Shown here: one piece after another, positions 7,411 through 17,169 of the stretch
Numbering within the stretch: the first letter of the stretch is position 1
Layout: the number at the start of each line of letters is the position of its first letter
Source: a virus
Lineage: Duplodnaviria; Caudoviricetes
Strand: one strand, 5' to 3'
Length of the DNA: 52,702 nucleotides
IMG/VR virus record: IMGVR_UViG_3300032277_000005
Location: 1 to 52,702 of that record
Made by a program: the position numbers and the translations under genes
Notes under the pieces: model-generated
Seen by the model: only the letters and a program-made list of their open reading frames with translations
Told to the model about the DNA's origin: nothing
Databases searched by the model: none

Positions 7411-7488
7411 GCCTAACCCCATAAACACGCGGAAACGAAACAAGCGAAGCGGCGTGTAGTGAATCGCCGTGATTTTACATTGTTATAT
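7411..7488 (-). mobile_element. attC-like site (own cassette apparently truncated)
   Basis: GCCTAAC...CACGCGG..CCGTGATTTT..GTTATAT; no matching ATATAAC end downstream. Confidence 0.75.
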
Positions 7489-7581
7489 TTTGGAGATTTT
7501 ACGATGAGTGAGTTACAAACGGTAGCGGCAAGGCTCTGCAAACAATTGAGATGTTAATTAAGGCGATGAAGGTGAGAGATA

Positions 7582-7914
7582 ATGATTAAATCAAAACGCG
7601 GCGTATCAATCGACAACTGTCGGCCCGAGATACTTATAGCCTTGATCTCAGTTGACCCTATCTATGCCAAGCATGGTGTAGATACTGTGGTCACGTCCGG
7701 GTCAGAGCCTTACAAGCACAGTGCTTTGCGCTCGGCACACTATAGGGGTGACGCTGTGGACTTGAGAATCAAAAACGTAGAGGTCGATAAAAGGGCGCGG
7801 GTATTCCAAGCAATCAAGCGCAAGTTAGGCCCGGATTTTGTTGTTCTGCACGAGGGTAAGGGTAAGGCGTGGGAGCATATTCACATTCATTGGTCGCCTA
7901 TATTCCACAGCTAG
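7582..7914 (+). CDS. endolysin, peptidase M15 family
   Basis: SAHYRGDAVD and HIH zinc-binding motifs. Confidence 0.85.
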   Translation: MIKSKRGVSIDNCRPEILIALISVDPIYAKHGVDTVVTSGSEPYKHSALRSAHYRGDAVDLRIKNVEVDKRARVFQAIKRKLGPDFVVLHEGKGKAWEHIHIHWSPIFHS

Positions 7915-7974
7915 CATAAGCTCTGGTTAGTGGTATAATGCAAAGCCTATGCGTCGCAAGGGCGCTCAAACAAG

Positions 7975-8490
7975 ATGGCCGGAATGGCATTAAGGGCAGC
8001 GATGAGTGACGACGACCAGGGTATATCTATGCTAAGAGATGAGATGTCTCAGATTAAGAGCTGGATAAAGGCGACAGATGCAACAATTAAAGGTTTTCTG
8101 TCACGACTGGTCGATGCGGAGGAGCGGGTAGCTCGCGCAGAGGAGCGAGGCGCGGCAGCCGAAGAGAAGACAGCGACCCGTATGGCTTGGCTGATTATGC
8201 TATTTATAACGAGCTTAGGCGGTCTTGTTGTGATGATGTTGGATGTTTCGGCAAGATCTGATGAAAAGATCAACGCTATCGAAGATAAAACGATGGAGGT
8301 ATTAATTGCCGTTCACGGTAGCAGCGTACTAATGCAACAACATCTCATTACCGCCGGTAATGTTAAAAAGGAGATCTATCACGCTGTTGAGGCTGTAGAA
8401 AAGTCATTGCAAACATCAATAGAAAGAACCCTCAACGCTGTAAAAGACAATAGATCCGCGATACTTAATCACGAAAGGGCGGAAAGGTAA
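7975..8490 (+). CDS. single-TM coiled-coil membrane protein (lysis region)
   Basis: Hydrophobic WLIMLFITSLGGLVVMML segment. Confidence 0.55.
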   Translation: MAGMALRAAMSDDDQGISMLRDEMSQIKSWIKATDATIKGFLSRLVDAEERVARAEERGAAAEEKTATRMAWLIMLFITSLGGLVVMMLDVSARSDEKINAIEDKTMEVLIAVHGSSVLMQQHLITAGNVKKEIYHAVEAVEKSLQTSIERTLNAVKDNRSAILNHERAER

Positions 8491-8858
8491 TGGCATTCCT
8501 GACGACGCTCGATGAATTTGATTACAAGCCTTTAAACAACGGGCTTGTCGAGAATCAGGGTAAGCTGGTCTGGCAAGACCCCGTTACACACGCAGTCTAC
8601 ACAGTTCCCGATGGGTTCCCGTCTAATTTAATGTCGTACCCTTGGTGGTCTGGCTGGCTATTCAATAAATTAGACAATACTGGCCGCGCTTCAATGCTGC
8701 ATGACTATCTAGTCGATAAGACAATCGGTAATAGCATGTGGCGCGATGATCAGTACAGGGCAGCTCTAAAAGCTGACGGTGTTAACAAATTTAAGCGAGG
8801 GATTGCTTATACCGGCCTCCGTATTGTTTCTGGCCCCAGTGGGATTAAAATCAGATGA
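8490..8858 (+). CDS. DUF1353-like protein
   Basis: VPDGF..S.P..ASMLHDYL..D..AL..GV. Confidence 0.7.
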   Translation: MAFLTTLDEFDYKPLNNGLVENQGKLVWQDPVTHAVYTVPDGFPSNLMSYPWWSGWLFNKLDNTGRASMLHDYLVDKTIGNSMWRDDQYRAALKADGVNKFKRGIAYTGLRIVSGPSGIKIR

Positions 8859-9103
8859 ATAAAATCATAGCGGCATTGCTAATCTCTGTGCTTTCCGGTT
8901 GCGCTGAATACCAAATAATCGCAGCCGAGAAGGGCGCACAGGCAGCGGACGACTCACTAAGAGCTGCACGGTGGGGTCATTGCTCCGCAGCATCAGCGGC
9001 ATCGCTAGAACGCAAGTACCAACTGTACAGCAACCCAAACGGCCCCTTAGCTACGGCCTGGCGGGAGCTGTGCTACAACTCAGACGAAGTTATCGAGGAT
9101 TAG
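8855..9103 (+). CDS. lipoprotein (possible spanin component)
   Basis: Signal peptide with LSGC lipobox. Confidence 0.6.
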   Translation: MNKIIAALLISVLSGCAEYQIIAAEKGAQAADDSLRAARWGHCSAASAASLERKYQLYSNPNGPLATAWRELCYNSDEVIED

Positions 9104-9106
9104 ATC

Positions 9107-9316
9107 ATGGACAACAAATTTATTCTTAAATCAAAAACCATTCTGGGCGCTATTTTAACTTTCGCTATTGCGATTCTTCCGCAATTTGGCGTGAGCTTTA
9201 CCGGAGAAGATGCGGCTCTTATTTCCGCAGGTATTGACCAGTTGGCTATTTTAGCGACCACAGCCTTAACCGTTTACGGGCGGTTTGCTGCTAAAACCAC
9301 AGTGTCGGCACTATAA
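9107..9316 (+). CDS. putative holin
   Basis: 69 aa, two hydrophobic segments, SKTI..G..YGR pattern. Confidence 0.55.
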   Translation: MDNKFILKSKTILGAILTFAIAILPQFGVSFTGEDAALISAGIDQLAILATTALTVYGRFAAKTTVSAL

Positions 9317-9349
9317 ATATTAACACACTCTGTTATTGAGGAAACTAAG

Positions 9350-9856
9350 ATGAAAAAGTATTTATTAATTGCACTGTTAGCCTTCAGCCCCTTCACCTTT
9401 GCAGAATTTGACCGCACAGACCCTGCCGATTTGCTTGCCCTAAAATCAGAAGTGGCGAACGACCCTATTGCCATGGGATATGTGCTGACAGGTTCGACAC
9501 CCAAAATACTGAGCCAGCTTAATACGGGCAGTCTCAATGTGGGCGGGGAAACAACCGGCGAAGCGTTCACCGCTGGCTTGTTGCTAGAAGTTATTGATTC
9601 GGACGATATTACTATTGGCAATAAGTTTAGTGAAGGTAATGCTCGCTGGCTAGATTATCTAATGAGTTCCGCCAGTGCTAATCAAAATTTCGCTTTCTTT
9701 GAAGCGCGTGTGAGGGCTATCTTTGATTTCAACCCAACACCCCAAACCATTATCAACCTTGATGCCGCTACTCGGTTAATATCAAGGGCAGAAGTTTTAT
9801 TCGGTGTTGATGTAACTATCAGTAAGGCGGACTGGCTAGCAGCGAGGGATAGCTAA
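9350..9856 (+). CDS. hypothetical protein with signal-peptide-like N-terminus
   Basis: MKKYLLIALLAFSPFTFA. Confidence 0.6.
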   Translation: MKKYLLIALLAFSPFTFAEFDRTDPADLLALKSEVANDPIAMGYVLTGSTPKILSQLNTGSLNVGGETTGEAFTAGLLLEVIDSDDITIGNKFSEGNARWLDYLMSSASANQNFAFFEARVRAIFDFNPTPQTIINLDAATRLISRAEVLFGVDVTISKADWLAARDS

Positions 9857-10251
9857 TGGCTAGGGGGTTTACACGCTACTTAACCAGCTTCACTGTGCAG
9901 GCCAGCGCAGCTATTACTGCGGACGCTGATAGCGCAGGTACGCAAACTGCATTTGATACAGCCGTCTCCGGTAATGCTGATGGTTGTGACAGTGCTTTAA
10001 TTGAGATTGATGTAACATCCGCACCGGCCACCGCTGCAAGGTGTAAAGTTTACATCGTGCCAGAGGAGTTCGACGGTGCTGGCGATGCTGCACAGAAATA
10101 CGCGGGATCTATTGCGATTGCAACGACTGCTGACAAATACAGTTTAGAAATTGACGGATTACCAGAAGCGGGCAAGATAGTAATACACGCCGTTGACTAT
10201 GGCTTTACCGCCAGCGCTGCCATGAAGCCCTCGTATATCGCGGACGCTTAA
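9856..10251 (+). CDS. putative virion protein
   Basis: Ala/Thr-rich ORF, translationally coupled. Confidence 0.5.
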   Translation: MARGFTRYLTSFTVQASAAITADADSAGTQTAFDTAVSGNADGCDSALIEIDVTSAPATAARCKVYIVPEEFDGAGDAAQKYAGSIAIATTADKYSLEIDGLPEAGKIVIHAVDYGFTASAAMKPSYIADA

Positions 10252-10253
10252 TA

Positions 10254-11327
10254 ATGGGTATTTTAATACCTAAAAGGCGAAGGATTTGGAAAGAGAAGCC
10301 CTTAGAGGGCGCTAGATTTCCTAGCTTTGTAGCGTCAGGATTTTTAATCGACGAACGATCTGGCGACCCCTTCGATCATGGAGCGCAGAGTGAAGGCGGG
10401 GCGCTTGGCACCTTTTCTTGGTTTGAAAAAGCGGGCGTTCCCGCAGTTAGCGCGACCGTTAGAGATCAATTGTGCTTATCCGGGGCAAGAAGCGCAACCA
10501 CTCATGCACTGGTTATCGATTTTACCGTAGAAGACCACGATCTTAACAACTACACAGGGTATCTATCTGGGGGGCTTCGCACCGGCACTGTTACTGGTAA
10601 TGCCACTGATGAAACCATTACGCTGGGGCCATTTGGCAGTGGTGATTACAGATATGTTAAAGATATATTTGGCCCAGGTGAATACACGCTCGTACTGTGG
10701 TTTGATGGACAGGATTACCAGTTTTCAGTTAATGGCAGTAAATTAGCTGCATTTGATGGTGCCGGTGGTGGAATAACTTATCTTGTAGATACGACTATTT
10801 CGGGGTCTGGTAAGGGCTACTCAGGAAGCCGCAGGGTATTCTATAAAAGTATTTATATAATAGATCAACCAGTTGATGATGATTTTGCAGTTTCATTATC
10901 CGAAAACCCCTACCAAATACTAAAGCCCCGCCGCAAGTTCTGGGTAGTGCCTAGTGCAACAGACACCACGGCCCCTATACTATCCTCACCCACAGGCACA
11001 AAGACCGGCAGCACTACAGCAGACGGCACAGTATCAACAGACGAAGCCAATGGCACGTTATACTATCTAGCGTCAGAGAACGCGACAGAGACAGCGGCAA
11101 CGATTAAGGCGGGTAGTAGTCAGGCGGTAACAGCAACGGGTGTGCAGAACGTATCATTCACAGGCTTAACGCCATCGACATTGTATTATGCGCACTACGT
11201 TCATGATGACGCAGCTATCAACGAATCAAATGTACAAACGAGCGCAAGCTTTACGACAGATGCCGCCTCGAGTGTAATCGCCATATTTAGACGACGAATT
11301 GAAGGGCAAGGTAATGCTTTTAGGTAA
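10254..11327 (+). CDS. putative virion protein, LamG-like plus FN3-like domain
   Basis: Beta-rich N-terminal part; DTTAPILS..TDEANGTLYY..TGLTPSTLYY FN3-like region. Confidence 0.55.
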   Translation: MGILIPKRRRIWKEKPLEGARFPSFVASGFLIDERSGDPFDHGAQSEGGALGTFSWFEKAGVPAVSATVRDQLCLSGARSATTHALVIDFTVEDHDLNNYTGYLSGGLRTGTVTGNATDETITLGPFGSGDYRYVKDIFGPGEYTLVLWFDGQDYQFSVNGSKLAAFDGAGGGITYLVDTTISGSGKGYSGSRRVFYKSIYIIDQPVDDDFAVSLSENPYQILKPRRKFWVVPSATDTTAPILSSPTGTKTGSTTADGTVSTDEANGTLYYLASENATETAATIKAGSSQAVTATGVQNVSFTGLTPSTLYYAHYVHDDAAINESNVQTSASFTTDAASSVIAIFRRRIEGQGNAFR

Positions 11328-13599
11328 ATACAACCAAGAGAAAACAGTAAGGTTTCGCCTCTTTCAAGTAGATGGTGTTGATTTTGAGTCAGCCGCTACA
11401 TTTGCCGCTGGTGATGTGAAGATCATGAAAGATGAGGGAGTGGAGGCTAACACCACCAATCTGCCCACAGATGAGGGCCAAGGCTATTCACTTGTCTTAA
11501 CCGCCACAGAAATGAGCGCGGCTCGAATAGAGATTTATATTGTCGATCAAACAGCTACAAAAGTGTGGCTCGATACCGGGTTGTCTATTGAGACCTACGG
11601 CAACGCCAGCGCAGAACACGCCTTCGACTTAGACACAGCAAGTACAGCCCAAACAGCCGATCACACAGCAGGCATTGCAGATATACCGACCGTGGCAGAA
11701 TTCAATGCGAGAACATTGGCCGCAGCGGATTACTTCGATCCAGCTACTGACACAGTTGCAGCTGTTACAACAGTTGCGAGCGTAAGCGGTTCGGTCGGTA
11801 GTGTAACTGGTAGCGTGGGAAGCGTAACGGGGGCCGTGGGCAGTGTTACAGCGCAAGTCTCGGCAGACGTAACCGCTATCAGCGGCGACTCGACGGCGGC
11901 TGATAATTTAGAGCTTCAATACGATGGAACAGGACTTGTAGGTGATACATACCCGGCCACACAAACACAGGTCGGCCAGTTATCAACAGGATCGGCGTCA
12001 ATAAGTAAAGCGGCATCTACAGCAGTTATTACAGCAGGTGCAGAGACCAACACTTACACAAGCACAAAATCGCGTGATGGTGTTTACCACGAAATTGCAG
12101 ACGCGGCTGGGGTTATTGACTTTTATTATGAATTCGATATTGGAGGCAATGGCGTAGGCGCTGATGTGCAGTTTTTTGGCAGAATGACAGGGGTAAATGA
12201 CAACCTAGATATCTTTGCTTACGATTGGGCTAATACAACATGGGATCAGGTTGGCACTACAGAAGGCGAAAATACGACAACAGATTGGGCTGGGTTCGTA
12301 AGTTTAGACGTATCGCATACTGGCACAGGTGCAAATGCGGGTAAAGTTCGCGTTAGAGCTTACAAAGCGTCAGGCTTAACGTCGGCTGTATTGTATATGG
12401 ATCAAATCTATATCAGTTACGCTGTAGTTGCTGAATCAGTTGGCTACGCTCAAGGCCGGGTGTGGATAAACACCGACGCAGCAAACACGAATACAAACCT
12501 ATACCGTGATGGCACAGCAGATAATCCAGTGAGCACCTTAACTGCGGCTAAGACGATTGCGGATAGCTTAGGAATAAAAGACTTCCACGTTACCTCAAAC
12601 TCGACGATAACATTGCTGGCCGATCTTAACGGCTACAATGTCTATGGTGTTGGGTACGCACTAAACACAGCAGGCTATGACCTTGCAGGCACACATATAT
12701 TACATTCAAGCCCTATCAACGGGACTGTAACAACAGCAGGAAGCTCTGATCACTGGGACGCGCTAGATTCGATTATAGATACAGTAACAGCCGACGACGC
12801 GCATCTTACGAATTGCATATTTATCGGTACTTACACTTTTGGCACCAGCGCCATTGTTACGCCAGAAGTCAATATGAACCACTGTAAGTCGGGCATCGCA
12901 GGAGCATCAGCCCCAGTATTCACAAAAACACCAGGCGCTACCCTCACATGGTCGGTGCGAGATTGGAAGGGAGGCATGACTATCAACGGTCTGGAAGCTG
13001 GCGATACTGTTACTATCGGTGGTGGCGAGCTAGGCACAATCACGCTTAACGGTGCAGATGCGAGTGTTGAGGTAAGGGGTATTGCTAAAGCAGTAACCAA
13101 CAATCTCACAGGGTCGCCTACAGTAAACCTCGATGGTGTTGTTATAGCCTCGGATGTGGCTAGCATATCCTCTGAGATAGGCACGGCAGGCGCAAACTTA
13201 ACCGATCTAGGCGGCATGTCCTCAACAATGAGGTCGCAGGTCAACACAGAGGCCGATACAGCCCTCACAGACTACGACGGGCCTACCAACACAGAGTTCG
13301 AGGCTAGAACCCCGACAGCGGCGCAATTAGCCTACATTGTGGCCAACGCAGCAACAGGGATGCCCGTCACATTCACTACTAGCGGCGGGTCGACTACAGC
13401 AGCGGTTTTAAATAACGTTGATGGCGCTGCGGCGAGTGCCACAGATGATCAATATAATGGAAGGTTGCTTGTATTCACTGACGGGACTCTGAAAGGGTGT
13501 GTAACAGATATAACCGATTATGTCGGGTCTACTACTACCGCAACCATCACAGCTATCCCGTTCGCGCCAGAATCCACTCATAACGCGAGACTGTTATAA
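11314..13599 (+). CDS. fibre/spike-like virion protein
   Basis: Thr/Ala/Gly-rich; SVTGSVG tandem repeats; DGTADNPVSTL motif. Confidence 0.6.
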   Translation: MLLGKYNQEKTVRFRLFQVDGVDFESAATFAAGDVKIMKDEGVEANTTNLPTDEGQGYSLVLTATEMSAARIEIYIVDQTATKVWLDTGLSIETYGNASAEHAFDLDTASTAQTADHTAGIADIPTVAEFNARTLAAADYFDPATDTVAAVTTVASVSGSVGSVTGSVGSVTGAVGSVTAQVSADVTAISGDSTAADNLELQYDGTGLVGDTYPATQTQVGQLSTGSASISKAASTAVITAGAETNTYTSTKSRDGVYHEIADAAGVIDFYYEFDIGGNGVGADVQFFGRMTGVNDNLDIFAYDWANTTWDQVGTTEGENTTTDWAGFVSLDVSHTGTGANAGKVRVRAYKASGLTSAVLYMDQIYISYAVVAESVGYAQGRVWINTDAANTNTNLYRDGTADNPVSTLTAAKTIADSLGIKDFHVTSNSTITLLADLNGYNVYGVGYALNTAGYDLAGTHILHSSPINGTVTTAGSSDHWDALDSIIDTVTADDAHLTNCIFIGTYTFGTSAIVTPEVNMNHCKSGIAGASAPVFTKTPGATLTWSVRDWKGGMTINGLEAGDTVTIGGGELGTITLNGADASVEVRGIAKAVTNNLTGSPTVNLDGVVIASDVASISSEIGTAGANLTDLGGMSSTMRSQVNTEADTALTDYDGPTNTEFEARTPTAAQLAYIVANAATGMPVTFTTSGGSTTAAVLNNVDGAAASATDDQYNGRLLVFTDGTLKGCVTDITDYVGSTTTATITAIPFAPESTHNARLL

Positions 13600-13760
13600 T
13601 GGCGGTATCTGGTTCTCAAAAGACGCGAATAGGGGGGCAGGTTTCTGGTGTTGGCAAGGCTCAATCGTTTGCTGCTAAATCCCCAGGGTCAATAACTGAG
13701 ACTATATTAGATTATGGTCGAGGGTTTATGAGAGCTATGAGCAGAGGTATTAAGCGATGA
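13599..13760 (+). CDS. small hypothetical protein (53 aa, not in ORF track)
   Basis: MAVSGSQKTRIGGQ..; overlaps both neighbours (TAATG, ATGA). Confidence 0.55.
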   Translation: MAVSGSQKTRIGGQVSGVGKAQSFAAKSPGSITETILDYGRGFMRAMSRGIKR

Positions 13761-14665
13761 TTGTCGCAAAGAAGAACGAAGCGTATTATCTAACATTCCC
13801 AGCTATCGACTCTACAACACCGGCAAGCTACAAAACAGGCTTAAGCCCAGTTGATACGGCGTACTATAAGGATGGGGCAGGAGCATGGACAAGCCTTTCA
13901 ATAACTGACACAGCGACGGAAATAGGGTCAACAGGTGTCTACGAAATAGATCTGACAGCGACAGAACTCAACCACGATAGAGTAATTATAAAATTCTCAG
14001 TTAGTGGCATGGCGGATGACGCATATCAGTTTGATCTACAAACAAAGTTAGTCGACGACCTAAACGACGTGGCGGCCACGGATATAGTTTCAGGTGGGCC
14101 AATAGATACAACAAGCGGCGCGGTTGATACGGTGACGACTAACACCGACATGAGGGGGACTGACTCAGCCGCCACAGCCTCTGCACTGGCTACAGCCCAA
14201 AACGATCTTGATACTATAACGGGTGCAGATGGGGTGACGTTAGCGACAACTCAAGCACTGTACGCTCCCAACAAGACCGCCCCCGATAACGCGGGTATAG
14301 CTGGCATACAAGCCGACTTAGATAACGCGACAGATGGGCTAGGGGCGTTGAAAACTCTTATTGACGCTATACAAGTGGACGTTGATTCTATGGGGATCAC
14401 TAAAAACGTCGCGTTCAGCAACTTCGAATTCCCAATGGTGTTAACGTCTGACCACTACACAGCAGCTACAAGCAAGACAGTTACAGGTGAGCGGTCAATA
14501 GATGGAGGGGCTTTTGCATCGGTTAGCGGAACAATTGCTGAGGTTGGGTCAGGTGTTTATCAATGCGACCTATTAGCTGCCGACACAAATGGCGATGTCA
14601 TAACCTACAAGTTTTCAGCTACGGATTGTGATGACACCATCATTACGATAACGACGCGAGCATAA
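13757..14665 (+). CDS. putative virion protein with duplicated terminal domain
   Basis: EIGSTGVYEIDLTATELN and EVGSGVYQCDLLAADTN. Confidence 0.55.
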   Translation: MIVAKKNEAYYLTFPAIDSTTPASYKTGLSPVDTAYYKDGAGAWTSLSITDTATEIGSTGVYEIDLTATELNHDRVIIKFSVSGMADDAYQFDLQTKLVDDLNDVAATDIVSGGPIDTTSGAVDTVTTNTDMRGTDSAATASALATAQNDLDTITGADGVTLATTQALYAPNKTAPDNAGIAGIQADLDNATDGLGALKTLIDAIQVDVDSMGITKNVAFSNFEFPMVLTSDHYTAATSKTVTGERSIDGGAFASVSGTIAEVGSGVYQCDLLAADTNGDVITYKFSATDCDDTIITITTRA

Positions 14666-14666
14666 A

Positions 14667-15086
14667 ATGCTATTAAGGTGGGGGAGGAGAGGTGTATTTG
14701 TTGCGGCATTAGCTGTGACGCATATAACACCAGCCCCCTCGACATCAACCTATGTTAACAAGGCAGCCTATAGGTATAGCGTAGCAATAGAGTCGCGCCA
14801 TGTTACTCCAGCTAATACCACAGCGACATACATAAACAGGGTTGAATATCGGCCCACTTTAAAACCAAAACATATTACTCCAAGCGCGGACGCATCCAGT
14901 TATATACAACGGATAGCGGTAATACCAGGAGTAACAATAGAATATCGCCACATAACACCAGTCAACACCCCCGTTGTTGATGTGGATACAGGTGGGGGCG
15001 GATCAAGATTAGCCCTTCTACTAAGGGAAGACCAAGAGATTATTGATATAATCACAGCTATAGGGCCATTACTGGTGAATACATGA
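14667..15086 (+). CDS. hypothetical protein with four H(I/V)TP repeats
   Basis: HITPAP, HVTPAN, HITPSA, HITPVN. Confidence 0.55.
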   Translation: MLLRWGRRGVFVAALAVTHITPAPSTSTYVNKAAYRYSVAIESRHVTPANTTATYINRVEYRPTLKPKHITPSADASSYIQRIAVIPGVTIEYRHITPVNTPVVDVDTGGGGSRLALLLREDQEIIDIITAIGPLLVNT

Positions 15087-15218
15087 GCGATAAACCAATA
15101 TACAGAACATTTGACACGGTCGATGCAATGAAGCGCGTTGACCCTAAACCTGTTGTTTACCCTACTTACAAACTAGGCAATGGCAAGGCTGAGTATATGA
15201 AGTCTCGGATAGGAGAGG

Positions 15219-15701
15219 ATGCAAGGTTTGTCAAAAGAAAATAAGGCTGGAAGGCCAACAAAATACAAAGAAGAGTACAGTGAGCAGGTAGAAAAATTAT
15301 GTAGACTAGGCTCTACTGACGAAGATATTGCTGATTTTTTTAATGTGTCGGTGGCAACTATTGGCAATTGGAAAAATGATTATTCTGGTTTTTTAGAGGC
15401 CATAAAAAGAGGTAAGGTTGTCGCGGATGCAGAGGTGGCGGACAGGCTGTACAAGAGGGCGACTGGCTATAGCCATCCCGATGTGCATGTGAGTAATTTT
15501 CAGGGCGAGGTAACATTAACGCCAATCAAGAAGAATTACCCGCCTGATACTACAGCGGCTATCTTTTGGTTGAAAAATCGCCAGAAAGAGTATTGGCGTG
15601 ATAAGCAGCATGTGGAGCAGTCTGGCAGCGTCAGTGTGGCTATTGCGGATATTCTTGGGGAGATAGACGGCACAAGCAAAGGCCTGCCAGTTGACGAATG
15701 A
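15219..15701 (+). CDS. terS: terminase small subunit
   Basis: GRPTKY, HTH, and PPDTTAAIFWLKNRQ motif; precedes TerL. Confidence 0.9.
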   Translation: MQGLSKENKAGRPTKYKEEYSEQVEKLCRLGSTDEDIADFFNVSVATIGNWKNDYSGFLEAIKRGKVVADAEVADRLYKRATGYSHPDVHVSNFQGEVTLTPIKKNYPPDTTAAIFWLKNRQKEYWRDKQHVEQSGSVSVAIADILGEIDGTSKGLPVDE

Positions 15702-17169
15702 GGATAAACTAAAGACCCGGCTAGGCGACCAAGTGTGGAGGCTTAACAACCTTTACTGGATTGTGGATAAGTCAGGCCAAAAGATTAAATTCAAGATGAA
15801 CAAGCAGCAGCAGGCCTTGTTTAACGGCATGTGGTATTTAAACTTAATCCTCAAAGCGCGGCAGTTGGGAATGACGACGTTTATTCTCATTTTCATGCTG
15901 GATAGATGTCTGTTTAACTCAGACACAAAAGCCGGAGTTATCGCTCACAATAGAGAGGACGCGCAGAAATTCTTCCGGGAAAAACTAAAATACGCTTACG
16001 ACAACCTGCCTGAATGGTTGAGAGCAGAAAGGCCAGCGAAAAATGACAGGTCAGGAGAGTTGGTATTCGAGAACGGCAGCTCGGTGACCGTTGGCACATC
16101 AATGCGGTCATCATCGCTGCAATACCTGCATATCAGTGAGTTCGGCAAAGTCTGCGCAAAGTACCCAGACAAGGCCAGGGAGATAGTCACCGGCGCACTC
16201 AACGCGGTAGAGGCAGGCCAGTTTGTGTTCATTGAAAGCACAGCAGAGGGGCAGCAGGGCTATTTCTACGACTATTGCACCGAGGCTGAAAGGGCGGCGA
16301 TAGAGAAGCGCAAGCTAACAAAACTCGATTACAAGTTGTTCTTCTTCCCGTGGTGGGAGAATGAGGGTTACAGGCTAGAGGGTGATGTAATCCACACGCA
16401 GGAAACCACCGAGTATTTTGACGACCTATCGCATAAAGACGGCATCCACCTCGATAGAGAACAAAAAAACTGGTACATCAAGAAGCTATCGACGCAAAAA
16501 GACGATATGAAGCGGGAATACCCGTCAACCATCAGAGAGGCGTTCGAGCAGTCGATACAAGGCGCGTACTACGCTAAAGAAATGGCGTCAGTGCGGAATG
16601 ATGGCAGGCTCCGCAAGCTCCCCTACGAGCCATCACTACCCGTCTATGTGTTTTTTGACTTGGGCCGCAATGACTATACTTCTATGTGGTTTATGCAGGA
16701 TTACCGGGGGCAGTATAGGTTTATCCGCTATTACGAGAACAGCGGCGAGTCGATACAGTTCTACATCAAGAAGATGCAGGAGTACCAGTACGTCTATGAC
16801 ACGCTGTACTTGCCGCATGATGCTAATGTCACTGATCTCAGCCGTGCTGATAACAAATCACGGGCCGATATCGTCCGAGGTATGGGGATGAAAGTGGAGG
16901 TGGTATCAAGAGTACCGTACAAAGCAGAGGCAATACAAGCCGTCAGGGATGTGCTGCCTAAGTGCTATTTTGACGAAGAAAACGCAGCAGGCGGTGTGGC
17001 TAGCCTAGATGGGTTCAAAAAAGAGTGGAACGACAAGTTAGGCGTGTGGCGTGATGAGCCTGTAAGGAATGACGCAAAGCACGGAGCTGACGCATTTGAA
17101 CAGTTTGCGCGAGGGTACACAGCAAGAATGGATCATCAAGGCAGTTTTGAGGCAGAGGATTACGCATGA
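15691..17169 (+). CDS. terL: terminase large subunit
   Basis: LKARQLGMTT Walker A, LHISE Walker B, ESTA, FDLG nuclease, HGADAF. Confidence 0.95.
   Translation: MTNEDKLKTRLGDQVWRLNNLYWIVDKSGQKIKFKMNKQQQALFNGMWYLNLILKARQLGMTTFILIFMLDRCLFNSDTKAGVIAHNREDAQKFFREKLKYAYDNLPEWLRAERPAKNDRSGELVFENGSSVTVGTSMRSSSLQYLHISEFGKVCAKYPDKAREIVTGALNAVEAGQFVFIESTAEGQQGYFYDYCTEAERAAIEKRKLTKLDYKLFFFPWWENEGYRLEGDVIHTQETTEYFDDLSHKDGIHLDREQKNWYIKKLSTQKDDMKREYPSTIREAFEQSIQGAYYAKEMASVRNDGRLRKLPYEPSLPVYVFFDLGRNDYTSMWFMQDYRGQYRFIRYYENSGESIQFYIKKMQEYQYVYDTLYLPHDANVTDLSRADNKSRADIVRGMGMKVEVVSRVPYKAEAIQAVRDVLPKCYFDEENAAGGVASLDGFKKEWNDKLGVWRDEPVRNDAKHGADAFEQFARGYTARMDHQGSFEAEDYA

Noticed and set aside
447-7488. Intergenic hairpins as CRISPR repeats or intrinsic terminators
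   Set aside because: The sites diverge in sequence and length, the intervening DNA is whole genes, there are no cas genes, there are no U-tracts, and the attC box spacing is conserved.
13580-13599. CATAAC..GTTATA as an attC
   Set aside because: Only about 20 bp, inside a coding end, with no L boxes.
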